A stretch of 64,000 bases of DNA from an uncultured Candidatus Saccharibacteria bacterium (GTDB lineage: Bacteria; Patescibacteriota; Minisyncoccia; Phycocordibacterales; CAIRYW01): the NCBI GenBank assembly GCA_964386665.1, contig CAYLQP010000005.1, forward strand, positions 177 to 64,176. The letters are read 5' to 3'. The translations under genes were made by a program, and so were the position numbers. Below, piece by piece: positions 1-10,602 of this stretch. Position 1 is the first letter of the stretch; each line of letters opens with the position of its first letter. The notes below the pieces were generated by a model. The model was not told the DNA's origin, searched no databases, and worked only from the letters and a program-made list of their open reading frames with translations.

Positions 1-585
1 AATGCCCGCTCCGACTCCTTGTAAGCATATGGTTTCAGATCTATTTCACTCCCCTCTTGTGGAGTATTTAGCCTTACCAGTTAGTTCTGGCAGATTCCCA
101 CAGGCTATTCGTGTCCTGCGGTACTCAAGAATAGCAATTAAAAAGATATTTTATTTTCGGATACTGGGCTATTACCATCTAGGGCCTTGCTTTCCAGCAA
201 ATTCTCCTAACAAAATATTTTGTAACTTTTTTGATATTAATCATATTGCTACCTTACAACCCCCAACTTGGGAGCGGATAGGACACCGAAGTATCTTATC
301 CGTTCCAAAGTCAGGTTTGGGCTTCTTCGCTTTCGCTCGCCGCTACTTACGAAATACAATTTGTTTCTTTTCCTCCAGGTACTGAAATGTTTTACTTCCC
401 TGGGTATGCACTTTGGCTAAAGTACCAAAGTTTCTGTCAAAGACAGAAGGGTTTCCCCATTCGGAAATCTCCGGGTCAAAGGTTGCTAGGTACCTCACCG
501 AAGCTTATCGCAACTACGCTACGTCCTTCATCGCCTCCTACAAGTCTAGGCATCCACCATATGCTCTTACATTCCTATTAGGAAA
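1..585 (-). rRNA. rrl: 23S rRNA, 5' ~585 nt (the gene continues beyond the window start; its 5' end lies near 575-590)
   Basis: The reverse complement of 300-420 reads ...GTAGCGGCGAGCGAA...GTACCTGGAGGAAAAGAAA. The reverse complement of 540-585 contains GGTGGATGCCTAG, and that of 1-80 contains GGCTAAATACTCC...GGGGAGTGAAATAGA. All are hallmark 23S domain I strings. Positions 130-260 appear to be a lineage-specific insertion or expansion. Confidence 0.85.
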
Positions 586-1038
586 TGTAAAAACCACAAT
601 ATTTATTTGCTTACATCTGTAATTCTTTACAGATTGTTTACCTGCCCATAAAGTTTTCATCTTAAAAAAACTTTATGGATTTGTTTGAAATATATTCGAT
701 ATATTTCAAACTCCATTTCCAACAAAAGACCTCTAGACCTAGATTACTTACGTAACTGGTTTTGAAAGTTGGAATGGAATTCAATTTTCAATGGTCAGGA
801 TTTTCCGTAAAAAAACCGCTTGAAGCGGCATTTGAGATAACAGGCTATTACTAGCTTTTTATCTATGCCGTTTTTTGATGGTCTTTAACATATTTCTGTA
901 ATGTGAGAATTATACTCTTTTGAGTTCCTTTGTCAAATCAAAATAGACCCCAAAGAGAGCTATCTTAAATAAGCCCTAAAATACAACAAAAAACACCCTT
1001 TAGAGGATGTTTTTTGAGATACGTTTTAGTCTAGTTAA

Positions 1039-1728
1039 TTACTCTTTTTCTGATATCTTTGTTCGAACTTTTGCAATCACATCACTTGCCGCTTGCTGTC
1101 CTCCCAATCCAAAAGCGAGTCCAAATGCTAAAGAGAAGGCTACGACAATCCCCGTGAAGAGTGTTTGCAAGATTACCTGACCAATACCAAGTTGATCTAA
1201 TGCAGCCAAAATACCAACAACCCAGATCACTGTTCGAGAAATAGCACCAAGAAGTTTTGCTGGTTTCATACTTGCAGCACGTGCAGAACCAACAACCAAT
1301 TTCTCAACTGCATCTGCCACCATTGCTGCAACCAAAAGAATCAATACAGAAGCGATGACCTGAGGAAGATATCCAATCACCACACCTTTCAAAAATTCAT
1401 TTACCTGTGAAAGATGAAGCACATCAAATGCAACAATAAGAAACACTACAATAACAAACCATTTCACAAGACCTCCAACAAACTTTCCAGAATTAAGTAC
1501 CATACCTGATCTTGAAAGTGTTGTATCTACCCCTGCTCTTTTTAATGTATCATCAACCTTTGCAGCGATAAAAATCCTATCAATTACTCTTCCAACAAGA
1601 GCCGCAACAACGAAGCCAATTACTAATATAACAAACGCAATAATAATATTTGGAATGAAAGAAATAATACCAAACCAAAGACCTGAGAACGCATCTGCTA
1701 TCATCACACTTGTATCTTGTAATACCAT
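1039..1728 (-). CDS. Multi-pass membrane protein, MscS-like / conserved TM-helix-repeat family (tentative)
   Basis: 229-aa ORF with several hydrophobic helices and a Gly/Ala-rich C-terminal TM region. No catalytic motif recognised. Confidence 0.4.
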   Translation of the reverse strand: MVLQDTSVMIADAFSGLWFGIISFIPNIIIAFVILVIGFVVAALVGRVIDRIFIAAKVDDTLKRAGVDTTLSRSGMVLNSGKFVGGLVKWFVIVVFLIVAFDVLHLSQVNEFLKGVVIGYLPQVIASVLILLVAAMVADAVEKLVVGSARAASMKPAKLLGAISRTVIWVVGILAALDQLGIGQVILQTLFTGIVVAFSLAFGLAFGLGGQQAASDVIAKVRTKISEKE

Positions 1729-1753
1729 AAAATAAATTTAATTAATAAACCCG

Positions 1754-2356
1754 CTACTCCACTAACCCAATCTTATTACTAATCACTTCGTGAGGATAAT
1801 CAAAGATGTCTCGGATCAATTTATCTCCTACCCCCAGCCGATATTCAAAATCAGCGCTTTCAAGAAGTGCATACTGAATCTCACGTCCCATTTCAGACTC
1901 TATTTCTTTCATTGTTTTTTCAAAAATATTTTTTTTGATTTTGTCTCCTACTACAAGCAAATCAACCCGTGTTTCAAAATCATTTAAAAATACTCCAGCA
2001 ATCACCACAAGTTTAATTCGTCCTGATTCCCCAAGTTTACGTACCAAAGATTCTGAAGTAAAAGGAGAAACTCTAAGCAAGAAGTCTCGTACGGCATCAA
2101 TATATTTAAAACCTGTATTAATAGTCCAACCATTTACCTTTCTACCAGAAGCATTTCGACACTCTTTTGTTTTAAGAAAATTTATTTTTTGTAATAAAAA
2201 TAATTCTTTTCGCACTTCTTTTTCTCGTGCCTTTATCTTTTGTGCAACTGTCTTTGAATCAAAAACAAGGGTTGGGTTAAAAAGAAAAAGTTTCATCACT
2301 TTTGCCTTATATGCGCTTCCTAAGATTTTTTCTAGAGTATCCATGGGTCTATACAC
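1754..2356 (-). CDS. Hypothetical protein (200 aa)
   Basis: Clean ORF in native AT-rich composition, co-oriented with neighbours. No recognisable motif. Confidence 0.4.
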   Translation of the reverse strand: MYRPMDTLEKILGSAYKAKVMKLFLFNPTLVFDSKTVAQKIKAREKEVRKELFLLQKINFLKTKECRNASGRKVNGWTINTGFKYIDAVRDFLLRVSPFTSESLVRKLGESGRIKLVVIAGVFLNDFETRVDLLVVGDKIKKNIFEKTMKEIESEMGREIQYALLESADFEYRLGVGDKLIRDIFDYPHEVISNKIGLVE

Positions 2357-2423
2357 TTTAACTTAATTCTTATACTTTCTTTAACCTCTTTAGTATACCC
2401 TAACTAAAATGAACTTAAAAGCA

Positions 2424-2458
2424 ACAAAAAAAATCCGCTTAAGCGGATTTTTTTTGAG
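2424..2458. terminator. Bidirectional hairpin terminator (atccgcttaagcggat flanked by A and T runs)
   Basis: Perfect 6-bp stem with a 4-nt loop, A-run upstream and T-run downstream. Sits between convergent transcription units. Confidence 0.6.
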
Positions 2459-2594
2459 ATTGATTTTAGAGTCACTTTGCCTACACGTCCTTTGTTCGCC
2501 GTCGCTCACAAAGTCGCGCAGGCCCCGTCTCGCGTCCAAATTCTGGTGAATTTGGAATTCGCTCCGACTCAAAAGTAACTTGAAATAATATCTA

Positions 2595-2963
2595 TTATTT
2601 CAATGTAACTTTTGCTCCTGCTTCTTCAAGAGTTTTCTTGAGAGCTTCTGCTTCTTCTTTCTTAAGACCTTCTTTGATTACCTTAGGAGCTGCATCAACT
2701 GCACCCTTTGCTTCAGCAAGTCCAAGACCACAAGCTTCTTTTACTACTTTGATAACTGCAATTTTGTTTGCACCCGCGTCAGTAAGCTCAACATTAAATG
2801 ATGATTGTTCTTCTGCTGCCGCTGCACCCGCACCTGCTGCTGGAGCCGCCGCAACCGCTGCTGCTGAAACTCCGAACTTTTCTTCTATAGCTTTTACTAG
2901 ATCATTGAGCTCGAGGACTGATGCTCCTTCAAGTTCAGTGAGGAATGAATCGAATTTTGACAT
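2595..2963 (-). CDS. rplL: 50S ribosomal protein L7/L12
   Basis: N-terminal dimerisation region, Ala/Pro/Gly-rich hinge, and the C-terminal IKVVKE...GLGLAEAKG...[10 protein letters not shown] signature. Confidence 0.95.
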   Translation of the reverse strand: MSKFDSFLTELEGASVLELNDLVKAIEEKFGVSAAAVAAAPAAGAGAAAAEEQSSFNVELTDAGANKIAVIKVVKEACGLGLAEAKGAVDAAPKVIKEGLKKEEAEALKKTLEEAGAKVTLK

Positions 2964-2996
2964 AAAATATAACTTAAAACTTTTAATTAATAACTC

Positions 2997-3485
2997 TTAA
3001 TTCTTTTTCTTAGCTACTTCGTTGACCGCAATTGCAAGTCTTTGAAGTGGACTCTTGAGAAGAAATGCGATTTGAGAAAGAAGAACTTCTCGAGAAGGAA
3101 TCATTGCGATCTTCTTCATAGAATCTGCATCTTTATATTCTCCATCAAACACTCCCCCAAGAATTGAAAGCTTCCCTTTGAATTTCTTTTCAAATTCAAA
3201 AATTTCACGTGCTGGAACAAGAAGGTCTTCTCCATACGCAACAGAGAGTTCTCCAGAAAGTTCTGGAAGATCTCCTTTGTATTTTTGATTATCAAGAACT
3301 CGTTTTGTAAGCGTCTTTTTAGCAACTGTATATGACACCGCGTGCTCTCTAAGAGCCTTTCGCAATTCTGTCACATCAGCAACTGTTAATCCCTTGAAAT
3401 TTATAAAAACAATAGACTTAGATTTTGAAAAACCTGCATCCATTTTTTCTGTTATTTCTTCTTTTTTCTTTCGGGTAATTGGCAT
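2997..3485 (-). CDS. rplJ: 50S ribosomal protein L10
   Basis: 162 aa immediately upstream of rplL. Conserved L10 N-terminal region (KKEEITEK...SIVFINFKGLTVADVTELRKALRE). Confidence 0.93.
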   Translation of the reverse strand: MPITRKKKEEITEKMDAGFSKSKSIVFINFKGLTVADVTELRKALREHAVSYTVAKKTLTKRVLDNQKYKGDLPELSGELSVAYGEDLLVPAREIFEFEKKFKGKLSILGGVFDGEYKDADSMKKIAMIPSREVLLSQIAFLLKSPLQRLAIAVNEVAKKKN

Positions 3486-3660
3486 AGTTATATATTAACC
3501 TGTTTATAAACTCGACCCTAAGACCGCTTAAGATACATTATCTTGCAAAAGATTATCTCGGCAGGGTGTCGTTTGACAATTAACGCAAATCGTTTCCTTT
3601 TTGCTCCCTACTATCTTTGATCTTATTGATTGTTATATTAACGTTTTTTACCCAAAAGTC
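3486..3660 (-). promoter_or_regulatory. rplJ upstream leader / promoter region (possible L10 autoregulatory leader)
   Basis: 175-nt untranslated region upstream of rplJ. L10(L12)4 autoregulation of this leader is established in many bacteria, but no structure was verified here. Confidence 0.3.
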
Positions 3661-3666
3661 AAACAA

Positions 3667-4986
3667 TCACCTCGAAAAAAGTGATTTAAAGAAAAGAATT
3701 ATCCCCTTTTGACGGTCTTTTTGCTGTTCTTCAAATACTTCTACAAGTGGACTACGCTCACGAAAAGGACTTGTAGACGTCGTCTTTGGCGCTACATCAC
3801 TTGGTATATCTAATTCTTGCGAAGCAATCTCTGCATGCGTCATAGGAGAAACGAGCGTCTCCTCTGACTGTACCCTATCTGCGATTTGTCGTTTTAGCCT
3901 TACAAGTTCACGTAACATATCAGTTCTTTCTTCTGCAGAACCTTGGCCAAGAAAAACTGGTTTTAATGAAGCATTGCTTTGAGAAACAGCTACGCCAGAT
4001 GGGAAATACAACGAAACATCTTCTTTGTTACTTTCTATATTGAGTGGAATTCGAAGTGTCCTTTGAGGAAGAATAATTGTATCAGGAGCAATAACAAAAT
4101 GTGCATTTCCAAATTTGATAACCCATTTTCCAACATTTACTTCTTCATCCATTGGATTATTGAGTTCCACATATCCACCTATACCAGATACTACTTGAAC
4201 TATCTCAATCTTTGGATCAATCACCCTTACTTCTGTTCGAGCTACTGCGGAAGTACCAGACCGTCGACTATTTAATACGATCACATAATCTCCAGCAAAT
4301 TGATATATATGTTCAATTGTTTTTCCCCGCCCTGAAGTACCATCTCCAAAGGACCACTCAAATCGATTCTTGGTTTTTTTGTCATCAATGCCTGATGATT
4401 CTGCATTAAACTCAATAGGGGTATGAATGGTGGTAATTCGTTTTCGTCCCGCATCCACCTTAAACACCTCTGTTCTTTTAAGCTCTGATGTTTGTTCTTG
4501 GCTTGAGTGAGCGGATACCAATTTACTTCCAGATACACTACTACTTGTTTGACTACTGCCACTTGAAGTCGAAGCACTTGAGGACACCACAATCTCTTGT
4601 GTTGCCCGCAAGGTTTTACCAGTATCTCTTCCAACAAGAGTAACAGTAAGTGTATGTGTTCCAGACGTAGTATCTCGATAATAAAAAGTTCTCGAAGATG
4701 TGTTTTTGCTCATTGTGGTTGTAACCACATTACCAGTTGATCCTAGAAATTCCCCTGTATTCGAGCTTGAGCTAAATTCAACGTCATTTGTTTCAGTTAT
4801 TTTTTCTGCAGTTCCACTACTATTTTGAGTCTGAATTGTCAGTGGTCCAGAAAGCTGGTTTGGTCTCACTGATTGTTCTTCTGTCACAAAAGAAACATTT
4901 GAAATGAGACTTGTTTCCCCAAAAGAAGAAAGAGGCAAACACAAAAGAGAGGATAAGACCAAACAAAATGTTTTATACTTATTCAC
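3667..4986 (-). CDS. Secreted Ser/Thr-rich protein with a PKD-like domain
   Basis: N-terminal signal peptide (MNKYKTFCLVLSSLLCLPLSSFG). PKD-type motif FEWSFGDGTSGRGKTIEHIYQFAGDYVIVLN. Long S/T-rich stretches. Confidence 0.6.
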   Translation of the reverse strand: MNKYKTFCLVLSSLLCLPLSSFGETSLISNVSFVTEEQSVRPNQLSGPLTIQTQNSSGTAEKITETNDVEFSSSSNTGEFLGSTGNVVTTTMSKNTSSRTFYYRDTTSGTHTLTVTLVGRDTGKTLRATQEIVVSSSASTSSGSSQTSSSVSGSKLVSAHSSQEQTSELKRTEVFKVDAGRKRITTIHTPIEFNAESSGIDDKKTKNRFEWSFGDGTSGRGKTIEHIYQFAGDYVIVLNSRRSGTSAVARTEVRVIDPKIEIVQVVSGIGGYVELNNPMDEEVNVGKWVIKFGNAHFVIAPDTIILPQRTLRIPLNIESNKEDVSLYFPSGVAVSQSNASLKPVFLGQGSAEERTDMLRELVRLKRQIADRVQSEETLVSPMTHAEIASQELDIPSDVAPKTTSTSPFRERSPLVEVFEEQQKDRQKGIILFFKSLFSR

Positions 4987-5063
4987 ACTTTATATTTTAA
5001 ATTAAAATATTTTATTTGCAATAAGTCTTACACCTTCCCTCTTCTAAGAAAATAAACCTTGTA

Positions 5064-7058
5064 TTAAATCTGTTTGAAGAAATAAAGATCAATTTCTGGG
5101 AAGGTTCGTATTGAATCTTCAATGTATTTATTTAACTCAATACTTCCAGGAATACCAGGATTCAAATCGAATGCCTTTTTTGCATATTCACGTGCAACAT
5201 CAAACTTACCCATATACAAATACGCAACTGACTTCATCCAAAGTGGTTGTGGAGCGGTCGGTACCAGAATGATTGCCCTGTCTAATATCTCGTGAGCTTC
5301 TTTTAGCTTATCTACTCCAAAAAGCATAAAATATATTTGGGTATCAGCATAGTTTAGAAGCGCTCGAAAATTGTCTGGGTGCTTTGTTGTATAGGATTTA
5401 TATTCTTGTTCAAATCGTTCGAGCTCCTTTATAAGAAAAGAAACTTTTTTAGGATCGCTTAATACTTTTGGATTCTCACCTATTCCTCTTTGAAAATCAG
5501 TGAAAGTTCTCCAAAGGACCGCTTGTTTATCTACTGTTGTTGCAAAAAGTGTATCATAAAGAGGCAAACGTTTTTCTGCTGAACCTACGGTTCGAATTGA
5601 CCCATTAACAATTCCTGAAGTAAGGAATGGAAAAACTCCATACACCAAAGACCACAGACCAAAAAGTACAAAAATACTAGCAATCACCTGAACTCTCCCT
5701 TGTGGCAAATCTTTTTGGTCCGCTACATTTCCTTTATTATTAATTTCTCTAAAAAGAGAAAGTGACAAGGCAATCACCACCGCCAATAATACAAAAGAAA
5801 CTGAGGTATCGAACGAAGTTTGTAATTCAACCAAATGAAGAGTGCTATATATAAGCAGAGTCAATGCAAGTAATTTGTGAGATTTTTCTTTTGATATAAA
5901 TACAACACGCAAAAGCATATACCCAAGCACTATATAGATAGATATATACAACAATAATCCGACGAGTCCATTATCAAATGCTTGATCAATAAATATGTTG
6001 TGAGCTCGGTCAAACCAGGGTTCTCCACCAAACTCTGGAGTAAGAGTACGATTATCATAGTTACGTTCAAAGACCTTTTCGAAGTTTTCTGTCCCCCACC
6101 CTAACAAAGGTCTTTCTTTAATAAGCTCAGACGACATCTCCCAAACCAACGTTCGTCCACTTGTTGCTTGACTCAAATATAGATTTCGAAGAAATCCATT
6201 TTCAGAAAAAAGCGACATCGCACTAACACAAAGCATCACAAAAAATAAGTACAGAGATCCAAATGCAACATACTTCTGGATTTGTTGTTTCTTAATCTTT
6301 GAGATTATCCAAACACCAAACCATACCAACATCGACATAAACAAGACTGTCGCAGATGCTCTTGCTTCTCCAACAAAACGCAGTAACCCAACCCCTTCCG
6401 TACTTTTAATATTCAAAATATATGGATTCACCACAATCAATATTGGCAAAAGAAAGTTCCACCATTTTTTTTGGTCTGCAGAAAGCAAAAGATAGATTGA
6501 AAACAAAAATGTACCAAACAAATACATACCAGCAAATGTTGAGTTACCAAACGTAAATCCATCCCATGGTAACTTTTTAAACAAAAAATTAAATCCCTCT
6601 GGACCGAAAATAGATAACACCGAAAAGAGTGCTCCTGAAAAGACAGTAAGGAAAATAACTTTTCTTCTTTCTTTTGAATCCGCAAAGACATTTACAAGTA
6701 CTTGGGCAAAAAAACCGAGACAAACGATAAACCAAAGTCCCGTCATCCGAGTTATGTTTGAGTAAAACGAAGTAACAAAGTTACCATTTAGAAATGCCGA
6801 CAAAAACATACATGCGACGTATCCACACATACCTACTAAAAGCGGTGACTTAAAGAAAGTCATCTTTTGTTTTTTAAACATCGCAATACCTGTCAGAACC
6901 ATCAAAATAGAACTAATTAAAATCAGGTTGATTGCTCGTGTAGATGAACCGAAGTACAAAAACGACGTATAGTTAATAAATGGAAATGAAACCAAAAAAA
7001 CATACACTATATAACGAAATACATCTGTAACAAAGCTTTCTTTTTTAAATAAAAACAT
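5064..7058 (-). CDS. O-antigen ligase (Wzy_C)-like polytopic membrane protein with C-terminal TPR repeats
   Basis: 664 aa with >10 TM helices. A Wzy_C-like loop (WGTENFEKVFERNYD...FDRAHNIFIDQAFDNGLVGLL). C-terminal TPR-like repeats. Confidence 0.7.
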   Translation of the reverse strand: MFLFKKESFVTDVFRYIVYVFLVSFPFINYTSFLYFGSSTRAINLILISSILMVLTGIAMFKKQKMTFFKSPLLVGMCGYVACMFLSAFLNGNFVTSFYSNITRMTGLWFIVCLGFFAQVLVNVFADSKERRKVIFLTVFSGALFSVLSIFGPEGFNFLFKKLPWDGFTFGNSTFAGMYLFGTFLFSIYLLLSADQKKWWNFLLPILIVVNPYILNIKSTEGVGLLRFVGEARASATVLFMSMLVWFGVWIISKIKKQQIQKYVAFGSLYLFFVMLCVSAMSLFSENGFLRNLYLSQATSGRTLVWEMSSELIKERPLLGWGTENFEKVFERNYDNRTLTPEFGGEPWFDRAHNIFIDQAFDNGLVGLLLYISIYIVLGYMLLRVVFISKEKSHKLLALTLLIYSTLHLVELQTSFDTSVSFVLLAVVIALSLSLFREINNKGNVADQKDLPQGRVQVIASIFVLFGLWSLVYGVFPFLTSGIVNGSIRTVGSAEKRLPLYDTLFATTVDKQAVLWRTFTDFQRGIGENPKVLSDPKKVSFLIKELERFEQEYKSYTTKHPDNFRALLNYADTQIYFMLFGVDKLKEAHEILDRAIILVPTAPQPLWMKSVAYLYMGKFDVAREYAKKAFDLNPGIPGSIELNKYIEDSIRTFPEIDLYFFKQI

Positions 7059-7085
7059 AGTCTTATTATAACCAAAATCAAAAAT

Positions 7086-7118
7086 AAAAAAACCACCCCT
7101 TTCGGGGTGGTTTTTTTG
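7086..7118. terminator. Hairpin terminator (accacccctttcggggtggt + T-run)
   Basis: Perfect GC-rich stem, TTCG loop, flanking A and T runs. Confidence 0.6.
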
Positions 7119-7151
7119 ACTATAGCCTAAACTATATTCTCGAACCTAGAT

Positions 7152-9047
7152 TTAGTTAAGAACTTTGTATGAAGTCTTAAAGTCATCAAGATTTGAAGAG
7201 TAAGTATTAGCCATAGAAGTATCGTCTGAAGTATCCCATAGGATTCCATCGATAGCTGCTCGGTATTGTCCTGAAGTTCCTCCAGCTCCAAGTGGAACTG
7301 AGATAGAAAGTTCAAATGTTTCTTCTTCTCCTTCTTCAATTTGGTAGTTACCTACAGCAGTCTTGTCATCGTCAGTTGAGTTAACAAGAGTTGCAGAGAT
7401 TGTAGAAGCTGAAGTAGCTGTTCCTGCTTTGTCTACAGCCCAGTTTACTGATGTTCCATCAGTTGAGATTGAAGACATATAAACAGTATCTCCGATAGCT
7501 TTAACTTTGAATTTAAGTGTGAAGAGTCCAACATCGTCGTTAGTTGATGTTCCTACAGTTGCGTCTGTTGCAGTTGAAACGAGAGTAACTTGGATTCCTT
7601 CTGATCGGAATTCTTGTGCCTCTCCAATAGCTGTTCCAGATTTTTCTGTAGAGTCAGAGAGTTGATCTCCTTCTTCGTTTTCAACATCGATGTAATCTCG
7701 GTTTGTTGAAGTGATAGAAGCAGTAAGAGTGTCTCCTTCATCAGCTGTTCCATCGATATCTTCGATATTAGCAAGAACTTCGAATTCTACAGTGTCTCCA
7801 GCATCGATTGCGAAATCAAGGTTGTCGAATGTAACTGTAGCTGTTGCAGCTGAAGTAGATACAGTTTCTGTATATTCTTCATCTCCAAGAACAAGAGTAA
7901 CTGAAGTTGTAAGTTGATCTACATCTGTAGCTCCTGTAACTGTGAATGTTACTGGAAGTTCATCAAGAACAACATCTGAGTCTCCTTCGAGTTTCAATTT
8001 TCCTTTAAGAACTGAAACATCGTCAGTTACTTCTGATGCATCTACTACTACTACAGCTTCTTTTGGAGAATCAGTAGCCTTAGAAATTTTAAGTTCTGTG
8101 TCAGCAGCTGTTCCAAATGATACGAAGTCAAGTTCAACTGGAGAGTAAGTTACGTCTTCAGTAGAAACAACTCCTGATCCATCTTCAAATCGAACGTTTA
8201 CAACGTCGATTGTCCAAGCGTCAGTGTCGATATCTCCAGAGTCAAATGAATTTGCTCCGTCAACAGTTACGTAGAATTTCTCTATTTCTTCTGACTTAAC
8301 AACTGTTCCAGCTTTTACTGTTACAGTCTTAACCCATTTGTCGTTTGAATCTTCTGAGAACTCGTCAACATCAACTGATGCAATTTCAGTGTTTCCCATC
8401 CAAACTTTTACACCTGAGATGTAATCATCAAGGTGACTTGAGTCTCCAGATCCGTTTCCAGCTGGGTCAAGTGAAAGTTTGATAGATTTGATAGCGATGT
8501 CTCCATCGTTTGTAGCTTCGATTTCGAATCCAGCAACTTTTACATCTTCTTCACCTTCTCCAACTTCTTCGTCAGAGTATTGTGAAAGAGCTGAAAAATC
8601 TTGGATTGCTCCATCTGTTCCTTCAAGTGATGAAGTAGAACCAGTTGTTCCAGTTGTTCCTGTAGAACCACCAGTTGTTGTACATTTAGCAACAACTTTA
8701 GCTTGTGTAAGTGGTCCGAAGTATCCAGCTACTGGAGTTACTCCGTTCTCTGATTGGAACTTCATAACAGCAGCGTGTGTAAGTGGTCCGAAGTATCCAG
8801 ATGCTGGAGTTACTCCGAGGTATGATTGAAGTGCTGAAACATCAGCTCCACTCATTCCTTGTTTTAGGTCTCTAGTAAATGTAGGGCAAGATGCTGATGA
8901 TCCAGAAACAGCTGAAAGCTGTGCTGTAAGAGCTGCAATTTGCGCTTGTAGTTCAGCTGTAGTCATAGCAGAAGCAGGTGAAACTGCAACTACTGCGAAA
9001 GCAGCAACGGCTACAAAACCAGCAAGTGTTTTTGTGATTTTATTCAT
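7152..9047 (-). CDS. Secreted surface protein: N-terminal peptidoglycan-binding-like repeats, then a long acidic Thr/Asp/Glu/Gly-rich region
   Basis: Signal peptide. Two PG_binding_1-like repeats (GMSGADVSALQSYLGV...GYFGPLTHAAVMKFQ / ...GYFGPLTQAKV). The remainder is highly acidic and low-complexity. Confidence 0.65.
   Translation of the reverse strand: MNKITKTLAGFVAVAAFAVVAVSPASAMTTAELQAQIAALTAQLSAVSGSSASCPTFTRDLKQGMSGADVSALQSYLGVTPASGYFGPLTHAAVMKFQSENGVTPVAGYFGPLTQAKVVAKCTTTGGSTGTTGTTGSTSSLEGTDGAIQDFSALSQYSDEEVGEGEEDVKVAGFEIEATNDGDIAIKSIKLSLDPAGNGSGDSSHLDDYISGVKVWMGNTEIASVDVDEFSEDSNDKWVKTVTVKAGTVVKSEEIEKFYVTVDGANSFDSGDIDTDAWTIDVVNVRFEDGSGVVSTEDVTYSPVELDFVSFGTAADTELKISKATDSPKEAVVVVDASEVTDDVSVLKGKLKLEGDSDVVLDELPVTFTVTGATDVDQLTTSVTLVLGDEEYTETVSTSAATATVTFDNLDFAIDAGDTVEFEVLANIEDIDGTADEGDTLTASITSTNRDYIDVENEEGDQLSDSTEKSGTAIGEAQEFRSEGIQVTLVSTATDATVGTSTNDDVGLFTLKFKVKAIGDTVYMSSISTDGTSVNWAVDKAGTATSASTISATLVNSTDDDKTAVGNYQIEEGEEETFELSISVPLGAGGTSGQYRAAIDGILWDTSDDTSMANTYSSNLDDFKTSYKVLN
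8704..8820. repeat. 72-bp in-frame tandem duplication inside the surface-protein gene (encodes the duplicated GYFGPLT module)
   Basis: tgtgtaagtggtccgaagtatccag(c/a)t(a/g)ctggagttactccg at 8704 and again at 8776. The period is exactly 72 nt. Confidence 0.8.
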
Positions 9048-9604
9048 ATATTAATTAATTGTTTTTTTAATAAATAGTAAGTTGAGATTAAATTAATAAT
9101 TTTAATAATGTTCTCAAAGTTACTACTACTCTTTTTTTAATCAAAGGCTAAAAAAAATTTTCGACTTTTTTTATAGCCCTTGGCGCACATACACTTATAT
9201 AAAAATAAGTGTATGTACTTTACTCTGTATCGTTTAACCGACACAAAGCGAACACTAATTGTTTTCTCTGTTATTTGACGACCGAGAAAACAAATAGTTA
9301 ATAAGGGAAGTTTGGTTTGCGGTATATACAGACAAGAAGGGCAAAGTTTCTGTGTACGGGATTATATAGTTGTCAAAGGGCTTTTTCGTTCTGTCGTTTC
9401 AAAACCGTAAAAGTAATTTACACAAACAAACTTGTGTTCTTACAATTATACAGGTCTTAGGGTTATTTCAGCAAATTTTTTGTATGTGGATAAGTGGTTT
9501 TTACTTCCACATCCCACCTCGCTATATTAACATAATTGAGGGATAAAAGCAAAAAGTTTTTTTAAATTAAATTCAAATCTTGACCTGTGGCAAACACTTA
9601 AAAC

Positions 9605-10393
9605 TTAGAGAAGCGAGTACTTGCTCCACCGTCTTTCACCTGTCTTTTTGAGTAGTCCTTGATTCAACAAATCATTCAACTCTCTTTGGATTGTCTTTTC
9701 ACTACAATCAGTGATCAAAGATGATATGTCCTTGATAGTGACCTCTTCTTTCATTTTTATTATATCGATAATCTTATCTTTTCTATCTGACTTTTGAAAC
9801 GAATTTGTTTGTCCTTGAGAATAAGACCTTTCGTTTTTTAGATCATCAACTACCCCTTTTTGAGATACTGTTCTAAAAGACGATTTAGTGTCTTTTATGT
9901 GTCCTTTAAAGGACACATTCTCATTTTGTTTTTCTGTGTGCATTAATGCCGAAAAAGGTGATGGCGTCTTCTCTACTTCCACCGCAAAAAAATGTTTATC
10001 AAGAGGAACAACATCTCGACTAAAACTATCGGTATATCCATCAAGCAACGTGATAAGTAAGTCACATTCCCTCACAATGATTTCCCCATTCATTTGTGAA
10101 ATATTTCGGGTAAAGATTCCAAGCTCAAGGAGCGATTTAATTGACTCGATCTGTCCTCCAAAGACACGTAAGAACTGCTCAACATTTGAAGTGTCCTTTA
10201 TATTAATAAGGTCTACTCCTGCCTGTCTTATAGATTGTTTCAAAGGTTCTGTGTCCTTTATTATGTCGGTTATGAGATAAAGAGCCTTACTTATCTTGAT
10301 GCTTTTTTTATGCACAAAGAAAAGGTTGTCACTGCCATAAAAGACATTGTTACGAGTTGAAATTTCTATGTTTTTGTCTTTTTTGAGTTCCAT
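9605..10393 (-). CDS. Putative transcriptional regulator with a C-terminal winged-helix / DeoR-like HTH
   Basis: 262 aa. The C-terminal segment EEVTIKDISSLITDCSEKTIQRELNDLLNQGLLKKTGERRWSKYSL is a typical HTH. The N-terminal domain is unrecognised. Confidence 0.45.
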   Translation of the reverse strand: MELKKDKNIEISTRNNVFYGSDNLFFVHKKSIKISKALYLITDIIKDTEPLKQSIRQAGVDLINIKDTSNVEQFLRVFGGQIESIKSLLELGIFTRNISQMNGEIIVRECDLLITLLDGYTDSFSRDVVPLDKHFFAVEVEKTPSPFSALMHTEKQNENVSFKGHIKDTKSSFRTVSQKGVVDDLKNERSYSQGQTNSFQKSDRKDKIIDIIKMKEEVTIKDISSLITDCSEKTIQRELNDLLNQGLLKKTGERRWSKYSLL

Positions 10394-10602
10394 TTGTCTT
10401 TTTTAAGATTTTGTCCCTTTATCATATAAAAGACAGCTTTATTGTCAATAAGACAAGCTTTTCTTTTTATGCTTTGACTCTTGTGTTATCGACACAGACC
10501 GTGAGTTTTCCACAGGGTAAAAGTAATCTTGAAAATCTAAAATTAGATTTCGGGAATGTGCGTTTTTTTGGTAAAATAAAGAGGTATATAACTTACATTT
10601 TA

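Noticed and set aside
2638-3000. 120-aa plus-strand ORF (Ala/Ser-rich)
   Set aside because: Antisense to rplL. An artefact of the GC/Ala-rich hinge-coding region read in another frame.
7711-8829. Several 68-116-aa plus-strand ORFs inside 7152..9047
   Set aside because: Antisense frames of the low-complexity acidic surface-protein gene; no independent support.
10411-10602. 64-aa N-terminal extension of the ftsK ORF
   Set aside because: No RBS context. The first TM-containing FtsK-like sequence follows the in-frame ATG at 10603.
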